Below are positions 25,426 to 40,054 of a stretch of 64,000 nt of DNA, one piece after another. The translations under genes were made by a program, and so were the position numbers. The notes beneath the pieces were generated by a model, which was not told the DNA's origin, did not search any database, and saw nothing but the letters and a program-made list of their open reading frames with translations. This DNA comes from the human T2T-CHM13v2.0 reference genome, Homo sapiens. The DNA lies in NCBI RefSeq assembly GCF_009914755.1, contig NC_060926.1; one strand, 5' to 3'. Numbering within the stretch: position 1 is the stretch's first letter; every line of letters begins with the position of its first letter.

Positions 25426-28400
25426 AAAGTAACAGATTCAGTGATCAAAACTATTTTAAGAAATTCTTAGAGAGAACTTCTGTAGGAGAGAAACATTTTT
25501 TAAACTTTCTCCCAGCTTTTCTTACTTTTTCAACCATGGGGACTTCTTTTGACTAACAGTTCTACAATATCCAACAGAACTAGCCTTCCAGAAAGAGGGG
25601 TCTTGGGAAATGCTGGCCCAAAAGGTGAAGTTCAAATTCCTTAGCATGCATGTGATGACCCATATTAATGGGTCTCTGCTACCGCTCCACCTCCACCTCC
25701 CACCCTCTCTTCCAGGTGCTCAGGTCCCTGCCTGAGCTCAAGCCCTCTGCGGGGTAGAGTGCTCTCCCTCCTCATGTCTAAGTCCCACTGGGGTCAGCTG
25801 ATACTCTCCTTCCCCCAGCTGGCCTATCCCAACCACACCAGCCTCATCCATCACTTTATCTTCCAATCTCCCATTCCACTGATTTCCTTCTTCTAATTCC
25901 CAGCTCCACATTAAGTGTTTTGGGGGAATCTTACAGGCTTTGTGTCCTTTTTCTTCACCTAAATTTTAAGTTCCTTGAAGGCATTTGTATTTTATAAATA
26001 ATTTTATAACTAACTTATAACTAATTACATATTATAACTAATTACTATGAACTCATGAAACCTAAGATCTTGTACGTATGTTAAATAAATGGTATGTTTT
26101 AATGAAAATAAGATGAGTTTCTCCAACTATGTCAGTGTAGCAAGAGGAAGAGGGAGATCATGTCAAAACAGAATAAAAATCTCAGAGTAATGTAATTTAG
26201 CAGAGTGACTGAGGGATGTCCTCAAAGCAACATCAGGATTCCAAAGTTCTACAAAATCATCACCAGTGCCAAAATGTTGAACAAGAAACCACAGATACAA
26301 AGTCGTGGTGTGCACCAAGCCCTGAAATTGACTGTCCAGTGAAAAAAGAGGATATATTCCCTAATCTGATCTAAAGTAGACACAACGATTCATAGGAAGA
26401 GAAGAAAAAGAGGGACAGGTCTTTTGGGGTCTGTTAAGTGCCAAATCAGATAATTTGCTAATTTCTAATACAGTAAATCCCCAAATTTCCTTCCTTTCTA
26501 CGTGTCTTCTATTCAACACATATTTATTAAACACTTACTAGGTATCAGGCACTGAGAAAAAAAGGCAGCTGGAAATGTCTTGGGGAAAATTGGGATAAAG
26601 TATGAGGTACAGAGACACAAAGGTTTCTTCCTTCTGAAAGCCCTAGTAAAATGAGAAAGCAATTTTTTAAAGTATATTAATGCAATGAGGATGAGGCAGC
26701 CTAAAATAAGTAAGTCTCATCTAAAAGCTGTCAAAAGCCATAAGTGGGCAGATGCATGTGATGTCAACTTTATGTGTTTCTTTCATTTCTTTCAAGAACC
26801 AGTGACTTTCTGTTGCCAAATGTTCAATATTAGAATAAAGAACACCAGTGGTAATCACTCTTTTAAGTCCAACTCATTGCCTGACACATGGTAGGCACCT
26901 AATAACCATCTGTTGAGTAAACTAATAAATGAACAGATGAGTGAAAAAAGGCAGGAAAGGAGGCCTTCCACCTATGCACAGAAATGCAGTGTTTAGTTGG
27001 AACTTATTTGGTGCTGTAATTCCTTTACACTGGAACACAGTGAAGGGTGGGTTATACAGATCAATCAATGCCTTCTTGAGTTAATTCACAACTCCCTTAA
27101 AAACATTCTTATTAAAGATCAAAATTCATAGGTGAAACAAAATATTTAGATAGCCCTACATGATTCTTCTCCCATGTCACAGTAATGCAGGCAAATTTAG
27201 GACTCCTACAATAAAAGTACCATGCCAGAATTTTGAATAAATAGTCCATTTTATACAATCACAATAGGAAAAAACAGTGGAGCGAGTGACAGCTGAATTT
27301 GGACGCCTGTCCCTCGGACGGAGGTAAAAAGAACTGCACTACGATATTAGTATTTTAACAAGTTTATGTTTTAAAAAAGTGACTAAGAGGAAAAACAAAA
27401 GTAGAACAGTCTGGGAGAAGGCAAGCTGATACAAATTTGCATCAGGTGAACTGTGTGTTATATATTGAATCTGACTGTAATGCCAGTAGGTTGAATTAAT
27501 TCATCTTATCTTACTTACAATGCCATGCTTAACATTTGGCACATGTGGGCATATGTGTGAAACTTGATACAAATTAAATTAGAAAAAAATGTTGGTAGTT
27601 TACATCTCATTAATAGAAAAAATAAACCAGAAAAATTACTGATGATAATGTGGTCTTTAGACTAGGAAGAACCTTACAAGGAAGGTGAGGAGGATCTTTT
27701 CCCAGGAGGTATTTGCAATGAAAATGAGCAAAGAACTGAGAAATGGAAAAGAATAAATTCTTTGCTGTGTGATTAAAAAAGCCCAATCTTTTCTCTCGCA
27801 TTTCTATAATGCTGTGAACGGAGTGTAGGGGATCAAGAGATTGTTGAACCCAAATACAACCCTGTATATTGTAGTTATTACAGAAATCACCTTCAAGTTT
27901 TCCAAACGATTCAAAGTACCAGCAAAAACCACCCAAGGTAGGCTTATCTCATAGGATAACTCTCTCCTTTGCAACCCACAGTGTTTTATTTAATAACACC
28001 GCTATAACACTTAAGTTTACCTTATTATATAATAATTCTAACATAACAGAGAAAATATCTATTTCACAGATATCAATACTGCTGTCTTTGAAAAGGTCCA
28101 AAGATATAGTATGTTTCTGACACAGACCAGGTCTTAATAAGTGACAGATGTATTTATTATGATGATGTTCCTTACTATGATGCTATTATTATTTCTTATC
28201 ATACAAACCCCTCTTCCAGCTGAGAATAAGACTGTGTTCTTCATCTTTGCATCCCTTGCAGCCCAAGCACAGTGACTTTTTACAAGCATTTGATGAATTT
28301 AATGTTAACTGAAATGTCGAAGCTTATCTTTAAACTAAACTGGTTTATCTCATGAACTGACCTGTTTGTATCTCAAGGAAAGAATAGGTATCATCTTCCA

Positions 28401-28459
28401 TCATACTTGCGGAGGGCCACACTCCCTCTAAAAGTAGCTGCAGCAATATTTAATAACCC

Positions 28460-28530
28460 AGAGACTTAGGTTAGCTCTGAACTAAAATGCTATAATATTT
28501 AGAAATGAAAATAATACCCAGGAATGCCAA
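28460..28530 (+). repeat. 71-bp dispersed direct repeat, copy 1 (copy 2 at 29814-29884)
   Basis: agaga.ttaggttagctct.aactaaaatgct.taatatttag.aatgaaaataata.ccaggaatgccaa; 5 mismatches, no gaps. Confidence 0.93.
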
Positions 28531-28684
28531 TGTAATGCCAATGCCAATGTAATTGCTTCAGGTTATAACTTCCCTATTAATGATTGTTCTCTGTAGGGTG
28601 CAGGGAGGAGGTTGAGAGACGAGGTTAATGTGAAATAGCCAGTCTCATCCAGTCCAAAGTGATATGAAAATTATATTAAAAGAC

Positions 28685-28900
28685 CATAGCTGCTAACATC
28701 TGTTGGCTTTCTTGTGTGTGGGCCACTGTCTCATGCCCTAATATGTGTTAGATTTTATTCTTAACATCTTATAAATGCACATAATTTTTTTTTATTTTTA
28801 TAGATGATGAAACAGGTTAGAGAGATTCATAAACTGGCCCCAAATCACATCAATAATAAATAAGGGAATCAGGCTTTGAGTTCAGACCTACATGTTCCCA
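28685..28900 (-). mobile_element. MIR
   Basis: ttttatagatgatgaaacaggttagagagattcataaactggccccaaatcaca...tttgagttcag. Confidence 0.7.
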
Positions 28901-29813
28901 AGTTTGAAGGAGTAATCCCACATAACATGTGTTCTTAGCAACATTCTGAGTTCCCAAATCTCCGGCTATTTAGAGGCCATAGTTTTACCTATAGCAGCAA
29001 GTGCTATGACTTATGTTCAAGACCTTTCAACACAACACAAAATGATTAGCTTCTCTCCCGTTCTCTAAGCCCTTCCCACCTGCTACAGTACCTGGAAATC
29101 TAGGTACCGACATGCTTCTTAAAGCACTTTGTAGGCTATGTTCATGTCTGAGATGAGTAACAAGTTCACAGAGCCTGTTCATTTATGCCACCTACTCTCT
29201 GAGAGAAAGGACCATGTGAAAACAGTGTTTATTAGGAGAAAGAGGATGGAAGGGCGTAATATCCAGGAAGCAATCCCCGTCGGGGCAACAGCCTTCAGGA
29301 GCAATACTGCACCTCTACCCTGCAGCAAGAAAGTCTCAACCACCCACATTCTTATTCATCTACAGAAACCCAACAGGACAAAACTATTAAACGTTTTAAA
29401 GGAACAAGGTATCAGCTAAGTATGAAATGGCACAGTTCCACATAAAAAGCAGAAAGGCTTGTTCTCCAAAAATGCCCCTTGGTAAATATTTACTGGGTGA
29501 TGGCACAAATAATAGGGCCGCTGATTAGGGGGTTACAAAGAAGACTGACACCCCTGAGCCCGGATGATGTTAGCCATCAGCACAGTGCTCTTAACTTTCC
29601 CTGCTCAAGTCTCTCATGTTTTATAGAAAAATTTGAGGAGTATGCCTAAGGTTGGAATCAGCCTCACCTCTCTCTCAACTTCATTTGAAAACCTGAAGCT
29701 ACTAAAGTCCCTTGCCAGAAGAGGGCTCACCCGCCCCACTATGCCCAATCTAACTTCCCAAATAGATCTACATTGTTTGCATTATGTGCTTTTCATTGAC
29801 ATATAATCAACCT

Positions 29814-29884
29814 AGAGATTTAGGTTAGCTCTAAACTAAAATGCTGTAATATTTAGGAATGAAAATAATAACCAGGAATGCCAA
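29814..29884 (+). repeat. 71-bp dispersed direct repeat, copy 2
   Basis: Matches 28460-28530 at offset 1354. Confidence 0.93.
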
Positions 29885-32800
29885 ATACAGAGTCACAGGC
29901 TTGAGTAAACAAACTCTCTAGGAAAAAAAAAAAAAAAACTCTACATGTCTAAAACTTGCCACCAACCTTCATGGTTATTAAACAATAAAAAGCTCCCTTG
30001 GGCATCTTGAACCTTCCTCATAACAGACCTTGCCCTAGGATTACTTCTTGGCTTATCTGTTATCTAGTCATACCCAAAGCCAGCCCCCAGCCATAATAAT
30101 CTCCCTATGGTATACCACCCTGCTTGTAAAACTTCTTTGAACAAAAGTTTTCAAAATGATACACAAGATCAGCATGATATCTGAAATGCAAACCAAAATT
30201 TATGACTATCAGCTAGCATTATAAAAACCATTTCTGGAGGAAAGTCATGAATGATATTCACAACTACCAAGTCAGAAGGGCTGCCCTCCATGTTCAAGGA
30301 GTGGAGAAAAGGAATCTACACAAAGGCCTTCTGTACATCCTCCCTAAAAATTATTTTAAAAAAGAGAAACTGCCATTTATCCATGTGAGATATGACTGGT
30401 TTTCAAAGTAATGGGTAAAAATGACCAAAACCTTGATTGTCTTCATTATGGCTCACATAAGGCACACAAACTCTTTTTTTTATATTCTAAGTACAGAAAA
30501 TTGCTTCATTTCTCAAGTAAATATATGCTAGAAACTTGCGGATATCTCAAGAATGCTTTGTAGCTAAAGAAAGTAACATCATTGCCTACTCATTTTGCTT
30601 AATTTGCTAGTCTCCCAGCAACTTTGTGCTAACACTTTCATCCCATTTTAGATCCTAGGATAAGGCAATAGTCCAGAGCCCTGGAAAGCCTCCACCTCCA
30701 GCAGTTCACCAGGCCACTGAAGCCCCAGGATGGAGTTTCTCTCCAAGACACCCTTCTGGTAATATACATGTTACGTGCATTTCACTTATCTTCTCCAAGT
30801 TACATTCCAGTAACTAAGCTTCAGAAGCTTCTTATGAATTGTTTATTCTGTGTTTTAAAGCTCCATCAGCTGTTAGGATGATTTGCAATATTTTTCTTTT
30901 TGGTTAAGCAGGATTGGTGAGCATTACTGGGCCTTTTGGTGGAATCCTTGCTATTTAAAATTCCTGCTGCTGGGATTAATGGAGATAATGTCTTTGAAAG
31001 CCTTTTGTAAACTGTAAAGTCCTAGTCAAATGTAGTGTGCTGTTATCACATTAACCATCATAGCAATAACCATAAACCAGCTGTAATGGGGGCTTTAAAA
31101 TGCTGAAACCCATTTGGGTCTTGTCTTTGCTCCATTCCCACCCCCGGGGGCCTACAATGGTGCCCAACATATGGGAGCCTCTGAAGGAAGTTTTGTTTGG
31201 AGGAACAAATCAGTGACTCAGAAACATCACATGGTTTTCCAAAGTAATGTCCATAGGCAAAAAGAAGCTAAGTACGACAATTTAAATAATGAAAATACTC
31301 TGCCAAAAATATTGGGGTCCTGGAAAGAAATGCTACAGAACAAAGTTCTTCTAAAGAGAATTGATTTGATAATGAAATCTGGTCCTTTACAGTCAGACTG
31401 GGAAGGAGAAGGAGTAGAGACAGGTGCAGAAATTTATTAGTCCAGAAAATGTTAGTCCAGGATGGCTCAGAGAAGGAGGCTGCCATCCCAGAAAAGGGAA
31501 GGGAGGCTGCAGTTTGAGAGGGAGTATCAAACAGAAAACAAAAAACAAACAAAACCCCCACAAAATAGGCAAAAGCTACTCCTTCAAAGAACATTATAAA
31601 TGCAGGCTTTTTATCTAGACTGTGTCTTTAAAGTGGTGGAAATGACCAATTCTGTGTCTTAGGAGGGAGGTGGCATGAAGCCGGGAAATGACTGAGGAAG
31701 GGATACTGATATGAAATGATTTATTTCTGGAAAATGCTCTTGTAAGCGTTTGCAGGAATAGTTCTGGTTACTAGAGGGGTAGTCTATTTTAGGTACCTAT
31801 GTATAAGGAGGAGTGAACGAGTGAACAAGTTAGTGGGGATGAAAATAAAAAGGGAAGTGGTAGCGTCCAGCAACACGGGCCTCATTCATAAAACTCAGAA
31901 GCCTCAAGGATAAGAAGAGAAATTCCGGGGTGGCTGCCTGTTACTCAGCAAGAAAGCGAACACTGGCTTGCTGGCTCAGCACTTAACCTGAGATGAGGAT
32001 GTCCTAACAGCCCTTTTTCTCTAAGGGGTAGTGTAGGGTGGGGTGGGGCCAAAAGGAGAGGAGGAGGAAGGCCTGCCACCCGGGAGGTCCCTAGGACTCA
32101 GCAGCAGAGAGGGCCTTGCACCAGCGCTCCGCTCTGTTCCAGAAAATATCCTATTTCTGACCATCAATCAGCATTAAGCCAGTTTGGGGGCTGAGCTTTA
32201 GGCACAGGCAGTTGCCAGTAGCAACAGGGCACACGCTCCTGGTGAGCTGGGCGGGAGGTGGCAACAAGGGAGGGGCCGCCTGGGCAAGTGGCCTGCAGCT
32301 GGGCAGACAAGGTCAGGGATCTCCCCTACACGCGCAAGGGAGGCAGTGCGGAGGGTGGGGGAGGGGGGATCGTGGCATTAGGTGGGGACAGGCGCGCCCT
32401 GCTGGGGCCGGGCCAGGGAGTGGCCCAGGCCTCTGACCTCGCTGGGGAGCAGGGAGGGAGTTTTCCCAGTGGCACAGCTATGCCCCTGCCAAACCCAATG
32501 GCCTCCCGGCCCGGGAAAGGCGCCACTCCAGTGGCCCCTAGACACTGGAGTCAAGGCCAAGCGACAGGAGAGGCGCTGGCCCTCTGCTTGGGAGGACCAC
32601 AGAACTCAAGATCTGCCCCTCCCCTGCAGCCCCTTTACGCCCCCACCCTTTAGGAGTCTCTGGAAGATGCCAACGTGGAAGTGTTTCTGCACGTGTGTGT
32701 GTTTTCATTTGTGCTTCCCACACAAAAGCGAGGCCCCACAGGTGGAGAGGAGGGCGTGTGTGCGCGCCTGTAGAGCGGGGCTCGGGCTGCGTGGGAGCTG

Positions 32801-33151
32801 GGCGGGGATGCGCACACACGGACCGACTCCCACAGACTGTCCCCCTTCAGGTGTCCTGGTGCAGGCTTTCAGGGAAGGGAGAGCCCCTAACCTCGCCCCA
32901 CCTCCCAAAACTTCTCCCCCTGCCGTCGGGCTATGGTAAAGGGGAAAGGACAGGACTCAGGACCTTGAGGGAGGCATTGAGTCAGAGGGCAGAGAGGGGT
33001 CAAGGAGACCCAGGCGGGAGGCGCGGAAGCATACAGTCTGCGGGGACAAGGACTGAACGGGGTAGTGGGAGCCAGGTGCCGAAGGGCTGGGGCTAGGGTG
33101 GCGGCGCGCAGGGGGCGCGCCTGGGCGGGGAGTGGGCTGGCGTCTCCTTAC

Positions 33152-33170
33152 CTGGCCTTCGGTGGAGCAT
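33152..33170 (-). CDS. Possible 19-nt initial coding segment (MLHRRP + 1 nt), or a uORF start
   Basis: gcagcagcATGc with A at -3, open to the donor in phase 1; no matching downstream coding exon recognised. Confidence 0.3.
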
Positions 33171-33500
33171 GCTGCTGCGGGCTGGGGGCGGGGTGGGCGC
33201 TGCGTCCCCAGGGGTTGACTCCGCAGCGCCTTCACTTCGGGGGCAGCAAGGCGCGCGCTGCAGAGCCGGGAGTTGCCAAACTTGCCATGTCCAGAGCGCG
33301 GAGGCAGCCTGGGCCACGCGCTCACCGCAGCCCGGGCACCTCGCGCTCCTCCGCTTTGTTGTGTTCCGCCGCCAGTCCCCCTGCGCCTGCCTGCCAGTGT
33401 CCCCGAGCCCTCTCCTGCCGCGGGACGTTTCACTGGCGCTCAGGGAGGCCCCTCGGGTGGGCAGTGCCACTTTCCTCCTGGAGGCGCGCGTTAAAGATCT
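33152..33500 (-). other. Probable first exon of an unidentified minus-strand gene (5' end approximate)
   Basis: Consensus donor CCAG|GTAAGG at 33152/33151 inside the CpG island; DNA to the left is T-rich on the minus strand, as expected for an intron. Confidence 0.65.
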
Positions 33501-35085
33501 GCCTGGGAGCGCCCGGCGGGCGGCTCGGCTTGCGCTCTGATGAGGAGGCTGGGGCCCATCGATTCCCACCCCCTACCCACTCCCCCTCCCCTCCCCTCCG
33601 CCGGGCCCCCCCATCAGAAGCTGCTTAGGATCGGCGCTGTCAAATCCAGCCCATCTGCTGCAATCATAATCAGTCTCAACCGAACGGTTCTGACAAATCT
33701 CCGCCTGGAGCTGGAGTTGGAGAAGCTGGAGAGTGAGGGGCGGGGAAGGGAGGTGGGGGTGAGGGGACGATGGGGACCGGGCGCCCTGAGAGGGGGCCTG
33801 GAGCCTTCTATTGTCTGCCCCTAACGGAGGAACTGAAAAGGGAAGCAGGGATCCAGAAGGGGAAATAGTGCTTTCATTTCCTAGTAAGAAAAAAAAAATC
33901 TATTCCCGCAGGTCCCTGGTTCCCTTCACGCCCCCACCCCCAGCCTCAGCTCTGTCTGGGTGGAACGAATGTCTGCTAATGAACTAAACAAACAGGTCTC
34001 TTAATCTTATCATGGAGCTGACCCAGAGACTGGCACAGATATCCAAAGTATCATAATTGGCAGGTAAGAGCTGGAACTAACAGCCATTTGTCTGGAGTCA
34101 GAAGTTGGTTCCCAAGTGCAGTTGGGAATAAAGCTCTTGGGGGGGAGAACGGCCGTGTAGTGTAGTGTAATTGGCCAGGAAGCTTGGCCCTTGGCCTCCT
34201 GTTGGCATTTCCAGAGATAAAAGGAAATCTGCTTTGGGCAAGAAAACGCTGAATTCCCCTTAGCCTCATTTTGAATTTAAAAGATTCGCATATTTTTTTT
34301 TCTTTTTCTCATGAAAATACTATTTTTCAAGAAATGCTATTTTATTAGAAAATAATGACTTCAAAAATTGAAAATTTTCCAAGCAGAAATTGCTCCACCT
34401 GTAGATGAAATGAGATGCTCCTTTCAATAATATACTTTGAACTATTCCAAAAATTCCACTTTAATACAATCACATATATTTGTACTGGTGATAGATTCAC
34501 AAGGATTATCTCAAAAAAATGTTTTCAAGTATAATATAAATGGCAGTAGTCCTAGAGACATACAAACAAGTCTTAAAGCATGGAAGAACACAACCAATGG
34601 GATTATGTCTAGTTTTATACATTCTTCTCAAGTGCTGGGAAATGTCCAATTACCTTGAATGACAGTATTTGTTTGGGAAATAATTTGTTGGATAAACAAA
34701 TCACCAGTGGAAAAGTTGAAGAAAATTTTAAGCCCTTTATTCAGATAGGTATAAGAGCTAAGCAAAAATAAATATAATTTACTGTGAAAACTGAATAAAA
34801 TTCTAAATTAGGGCTCAAATCATTCTTTTGCTTTATGCTATACTTGAGAAATGTGTGCAAGCCACATTAAGCACTCACTTATCTAGGCAGAGACTGTGTT
34901 TTCCACTTATTTTATAGCCCAGTGGTGCTTACAACAGCACTAGGCAACTATGGACACTCTATGAATACTGATGGTTTGAAATTTTGATTTACAGGTCAGA
35001 ATTAAAACTACATACATCATGGTGACTTTATAGCTGAGGCAAAGTGGAGCTCAAGTGTTACTTTCCCAGTAAGCAAATCATGTAA

Positions 35086-35408
<323 letters not shown>

Positions 35409-35804
35409 GATTTTACAGAATTTTTATGAATATTTAAGTTTAGAGTTTTTCATTGATAATTTGTTTAATGTGTTTATTACTATTCAATAAAAATTTTGCT
35501 AAAATTAACATGGTGCCAAGAAATGAGTATTTCAAAAAGGGTCCTCTCTTACAGAATGAAGTATCATGCTGGTGACTAATTTAACTAACATTGTCCAGGA
35601 AATTGCTGTTGTCCAGGAAGAGAAGAGTTGAGCCGAGTGTCAACTACTAGGCTTCTGGCACCATCCTGCACAAGAAATTGGTAAGTTCTACTGTGTTATT
35701 TCCTAGCTTGGTGGTCTCAGTTGCATCACAGCTAACTTATAGCCTAAATTGACAGGCCCACCTCCAATTTATTAATTCCTTGGTCTTAACTTCAAAATAT
35801 ATCA

Positions 35805-36720
35805 TCTCATGTTTACTCAATTATTTATTGAACAATCACTATGTGTCAGTGTTGGAATATATGAAGGAAAAATCAAACAAAAATTTTTTACCTTGTGGAG
35901 CTTACATTCTGGAGGAGAAGACAAGTTAGAAAAGAGTACATAAGTAAATTATAATGTCTATTAGAAGGTAATCAGTGCAATAGAGAAAAATAAAGCAGAG
36001 TGGGCTGGGTGGTGCACAAGTTTAAATACAAGAGTTCTCAGTAAAAATCTCACTGAGAATGCTAAGCCTGAATGAATGATTAAAGGAGGTGAGGGAGCAG
36101 GCAAGCCATGCAAATATCTGGGAAGATGGTCCCAGGAAGTGGGAAAAGCAGGTGTAAGTGGCCCTTAAATATGATTGCACCTGGCAAGGTCTAGGAACAT
36201 TAATGAAACCTTGAGAACAGGACACAGTGAAGGGAGAGGTCAATGAGGGTAGGCTTAGAAGACAGATCACTGGGTGGGGCCAATTAAAGGACTTGGAATT
36301 TTACTCCAAATGACAGCGGAGGACACAAGACACAGAGGGAGTGACATGATCATCTGACTTTTGTTTAATAGATCACTCTGGCTCCCATGTTGAGAATTAA
36401 TTATAGGAGCAGAGAAGGAAGCAGGGAGATCTGTTATTAGGCTATTGCAAGAATCTAGGTAAGAGATGATGGCTTGGACTGGGTGATAGCAAGAAAGATA
36501 ATGAGAATTGGTGGTGATTTTGAATTGCTTTGAATGTAGAGCCAACAATGAGTGGCTCGAAAGAAAAGAGGGAGTAAAGAGTAACTCCAAGCATTTGGCC
36601 CTAGCAACCGGAAGGATGAAGTTGCTATTAATTGAAATGAGAAAGACTATGGGTGGAGCAAATTTTGGTGGAAGAATCAGCTTATATGGGTTAAGACTGG
36701 AATGCCTATTAAGTTAAATT
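35805..36720 (-). mobile_element. L2a, ~900 bp
   Basis: tatttattgaacaatcactatgtgtcag, ccttgtggagcttacattctgg, gatcactctggctc, gatgaagttgctattaattgaaatgagaaagact. Confidence 0.88.
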
Positions 36721-37133
36721 TTAAAAATAACTTACGTAAAGCTCTTAGAATAGTTCCTGACTTTTCGTAAGTGCCATACAAATGTTTATGGTGGTGATTA
36801 TTATTGTTATTAATGTTTGCCAACCAAAATGAGATGTTGAATAGACAATTGTACCATGATTGTGGTGGTAGTTGCAAAACTATATTTTGTTATAATCCAA
36901 TTGTACACTCAAAAATTGGTGAATTTTATTGTACGTAAACTAAACCTTAAAAAAATTATTAAAAAACAAAGAACTTACTCTCATGTTTTAAAAGGGAGAA
37001 TATGGAACTTTCCCATCTGAGAAGAAGCAGCTTCGGAAGTATCACCATTTTGTATACCCATTGAAATAACTGATGTAAATAAAGATCACCAATAGATGCT
37101 AAAGCCATTAAGTAAAGGTTTGATGGAAAATAG

Positions 37134-37958
<825 letters not shown>

Positions 37959-38049
37959 ATAGAATATTCCAACTACAAATACTGCCTCCTGACTTTTTGT
38001 TAACTGCGAAGGGGAAAAGCTGTATTAGACAAGGGAGAAATCACCTGAC

Positions 38050-39230
38050 ATGTTTCTCCTTATGTGATGCTGTATGAAAAGTTTTTTGCAATATATTTTT
38101 GCAAAAAAACATGTTTAATCTGAGTCTGAGCAAGGCCTTTGCTATAATTCCCACCTTACAGGAAATAAAGATGATAGAGGAACAGATAAATGACATCACA
38201 AGGAAACCATTAGGCATAGCGGAATATGGAACTTGCTAGAGGTCTTCAAAAAGTCAGTGTTCATAGAGAATTAAAAAAGTAGAGGCACTATCATAGATTG
38301 AAAGAGACGTGACAAATGCAACTAATGGGACTGGGCATCAGTGCAAAATAAGCAGCTATAAAAGACATTTGGGACACGATTAGAGAAATTCAAATAAGAC
38401 TGGTATTAGCTGATATAATAGAATTTTCATTAATTTTTCTGGGGGTAAAAGTGATACTGTGGTTATAAAGAAAGTAGTCCTTATTTTTAAAAGACACATA
38501 CTAAAATATCTGGGGTTGAAGTATCATGGTATCTAACACACATTTTGGAAAAAATATCTGTGAAGTAAAAATATTAACATTTGTTGATGCTAAGTTGTGT
38601 GCAGATAAATATTTTATTATTCTGGTCTTTTAATTTTTCTATATATTTGAAATTTTTCTTAATAAAAATTGAGCAAAATATACTTATAAAAATCCATGCT
38701 CAAAAAGTAATTATAGGAAAATTAGAAAAATTTAGAACTTGATGTCTCAAAAATATCCAAATTATAAGATGGAAAGAAAGGAGTATGTAGAAGGAGATTA
38801 ATAATTTTAGTGGACATGTAGAAATGAAGAAAAATGGAAATAAATGTTCAAAGTACCCAAACAAAACAGAACAAAAAAAAATAGAATAAAAGAAATGAAA
38901 TCAAAGTCTAATAAAAGAGAACACAAATCAATACAGGATCAATAAAACAAAGTCTGGTTATATGAATGAAAAACAGTGGAGACATAAATCAATAAGCTTA
39001 GGGATAATAAAGACTATATAACTAAGGATAAAATAGATTTTAAAAATAGGACTACTTTACTATGAGCAATTTTATCTGTTTTCAAACTTATTGACATAAA
39101 GTGATCAATGTCCTAAAATAAACTTTTAATAAAATTCAATAATCCACGGAATCTTGAACAATCAAATAGATTGAATCAGTAGTTGAAAAAAAATTTGCTG
39201 CTGCATAAACATAGGTCCAAAATTTTAAAC
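38050..39230 (+). mobile_element. Degraded L1M fragments
   Basis: L1MC/ME-like 3' UTR motifs (ataaaagacatttgggacacgattagagaaatt, gatactgtggttat) followed by A-rich ORF2-like sequence. Confidence 0.6.
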
Positions 39231-39234
39231 TTAT

Positions 39235-40050
39235 TCCTTGAGATAAAATTTACCCAAGTTGAATTTGTTTTTAGCATATGCACCGTTATGCAACCATCAC
39301 CATCCCCTTAGAACAATTTATTTACCCCCAAAAAGTACCTATTAACATTCACTCCTCATTCTCCAGCCAGAGGCAACCAACAATCTGCTTTCTATCCCTG
39401 TAGAATTGCCTCTTCTAGACACTTAGTATAAATGGAATCATACAATGTTTAGCCCTTTCTCTGGCTTCTTTCCCTTAGCATAATGTTTTCAAGTTTTGTC
39501 CATGTTGTAGCACGTATTGGTGCTTCATTCCTTATTTCCAAATAATATTCCACTGTCTTCATGCACCACATTTTATTTATCCATTCATCAGTTAATGGGC
39601 ATTTGGGTTGTTTCTGTTCTTTAGCTATTATAAATAATGCTTTTGTAAACATTCATGTACAAGTTTTTGTGTGGGCATATGTATTCATTTCTTCTAGGTA
39701 TATACCTAAGCTGTGGAATTGCTGAGTCCTATAGTAAGTGTTTAACATTTTGAGGAACTGCCAAGCTAGTTTCCAAAGCAGCTGCACCATTTTACATTCC
39801 CACCAGCAATGTCTCAGCGTTCTAATGTCTCCACAGCCTCTCCAACACTTTTATCCTTTGTTTATAGTCATGCTAGAGGATATAAAGTGATGTCTCATGA
39901 ATTTTATTCGCATTTTCCTGATGGCTAATGACGTTCAGTATCTTTTCATGTGCTTATTGGTCATTTGTATGTGTCTTCTTTGGAGAAATTTCTTTTCAAC
40001 TCCTTTGTCCATTTTCACATTGGGTTATTTGTCTTTTGATTGTTGAGTCA
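39235..40050 (-). mobile_element. L1MB 3' fragment, antisense, within older L1 sequence
   Basis: Minus translation MFTKALFIIAKEQKQPKCPLTDEWINKMWCMKTVEYY matches the L1 ORF2p C-terminus. Confidence 0.9.
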
Positions 40051-40054
40051 GGGG

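Larger units (their letters stand above)
32200..33830. promoter_or_regulatory. CpG island / promoter of a minus-strand gene
   Basis: Sharp rise in GC and CpG (densest ~33000-33640) against CpG-depleted flanks; GC boxes (gggcgggg at ~33123 and ~33737); not repeat-like. Confidence 0.92.

Noticed and set aside
33152-33500. Assigning a gene symbol to the CpG-island gene
   Set aside because: I do not recognise the exon sequence or the MLHRRP peptide; a BLAT search is needed
32212-33824. Long overlapping ORFs (up to 187 aa) in the CpG island
   Set aside because: High GC depletes stop codons in all six frames; products are low-complexity Arg/Gly/Pro/Ala and unrecognisable
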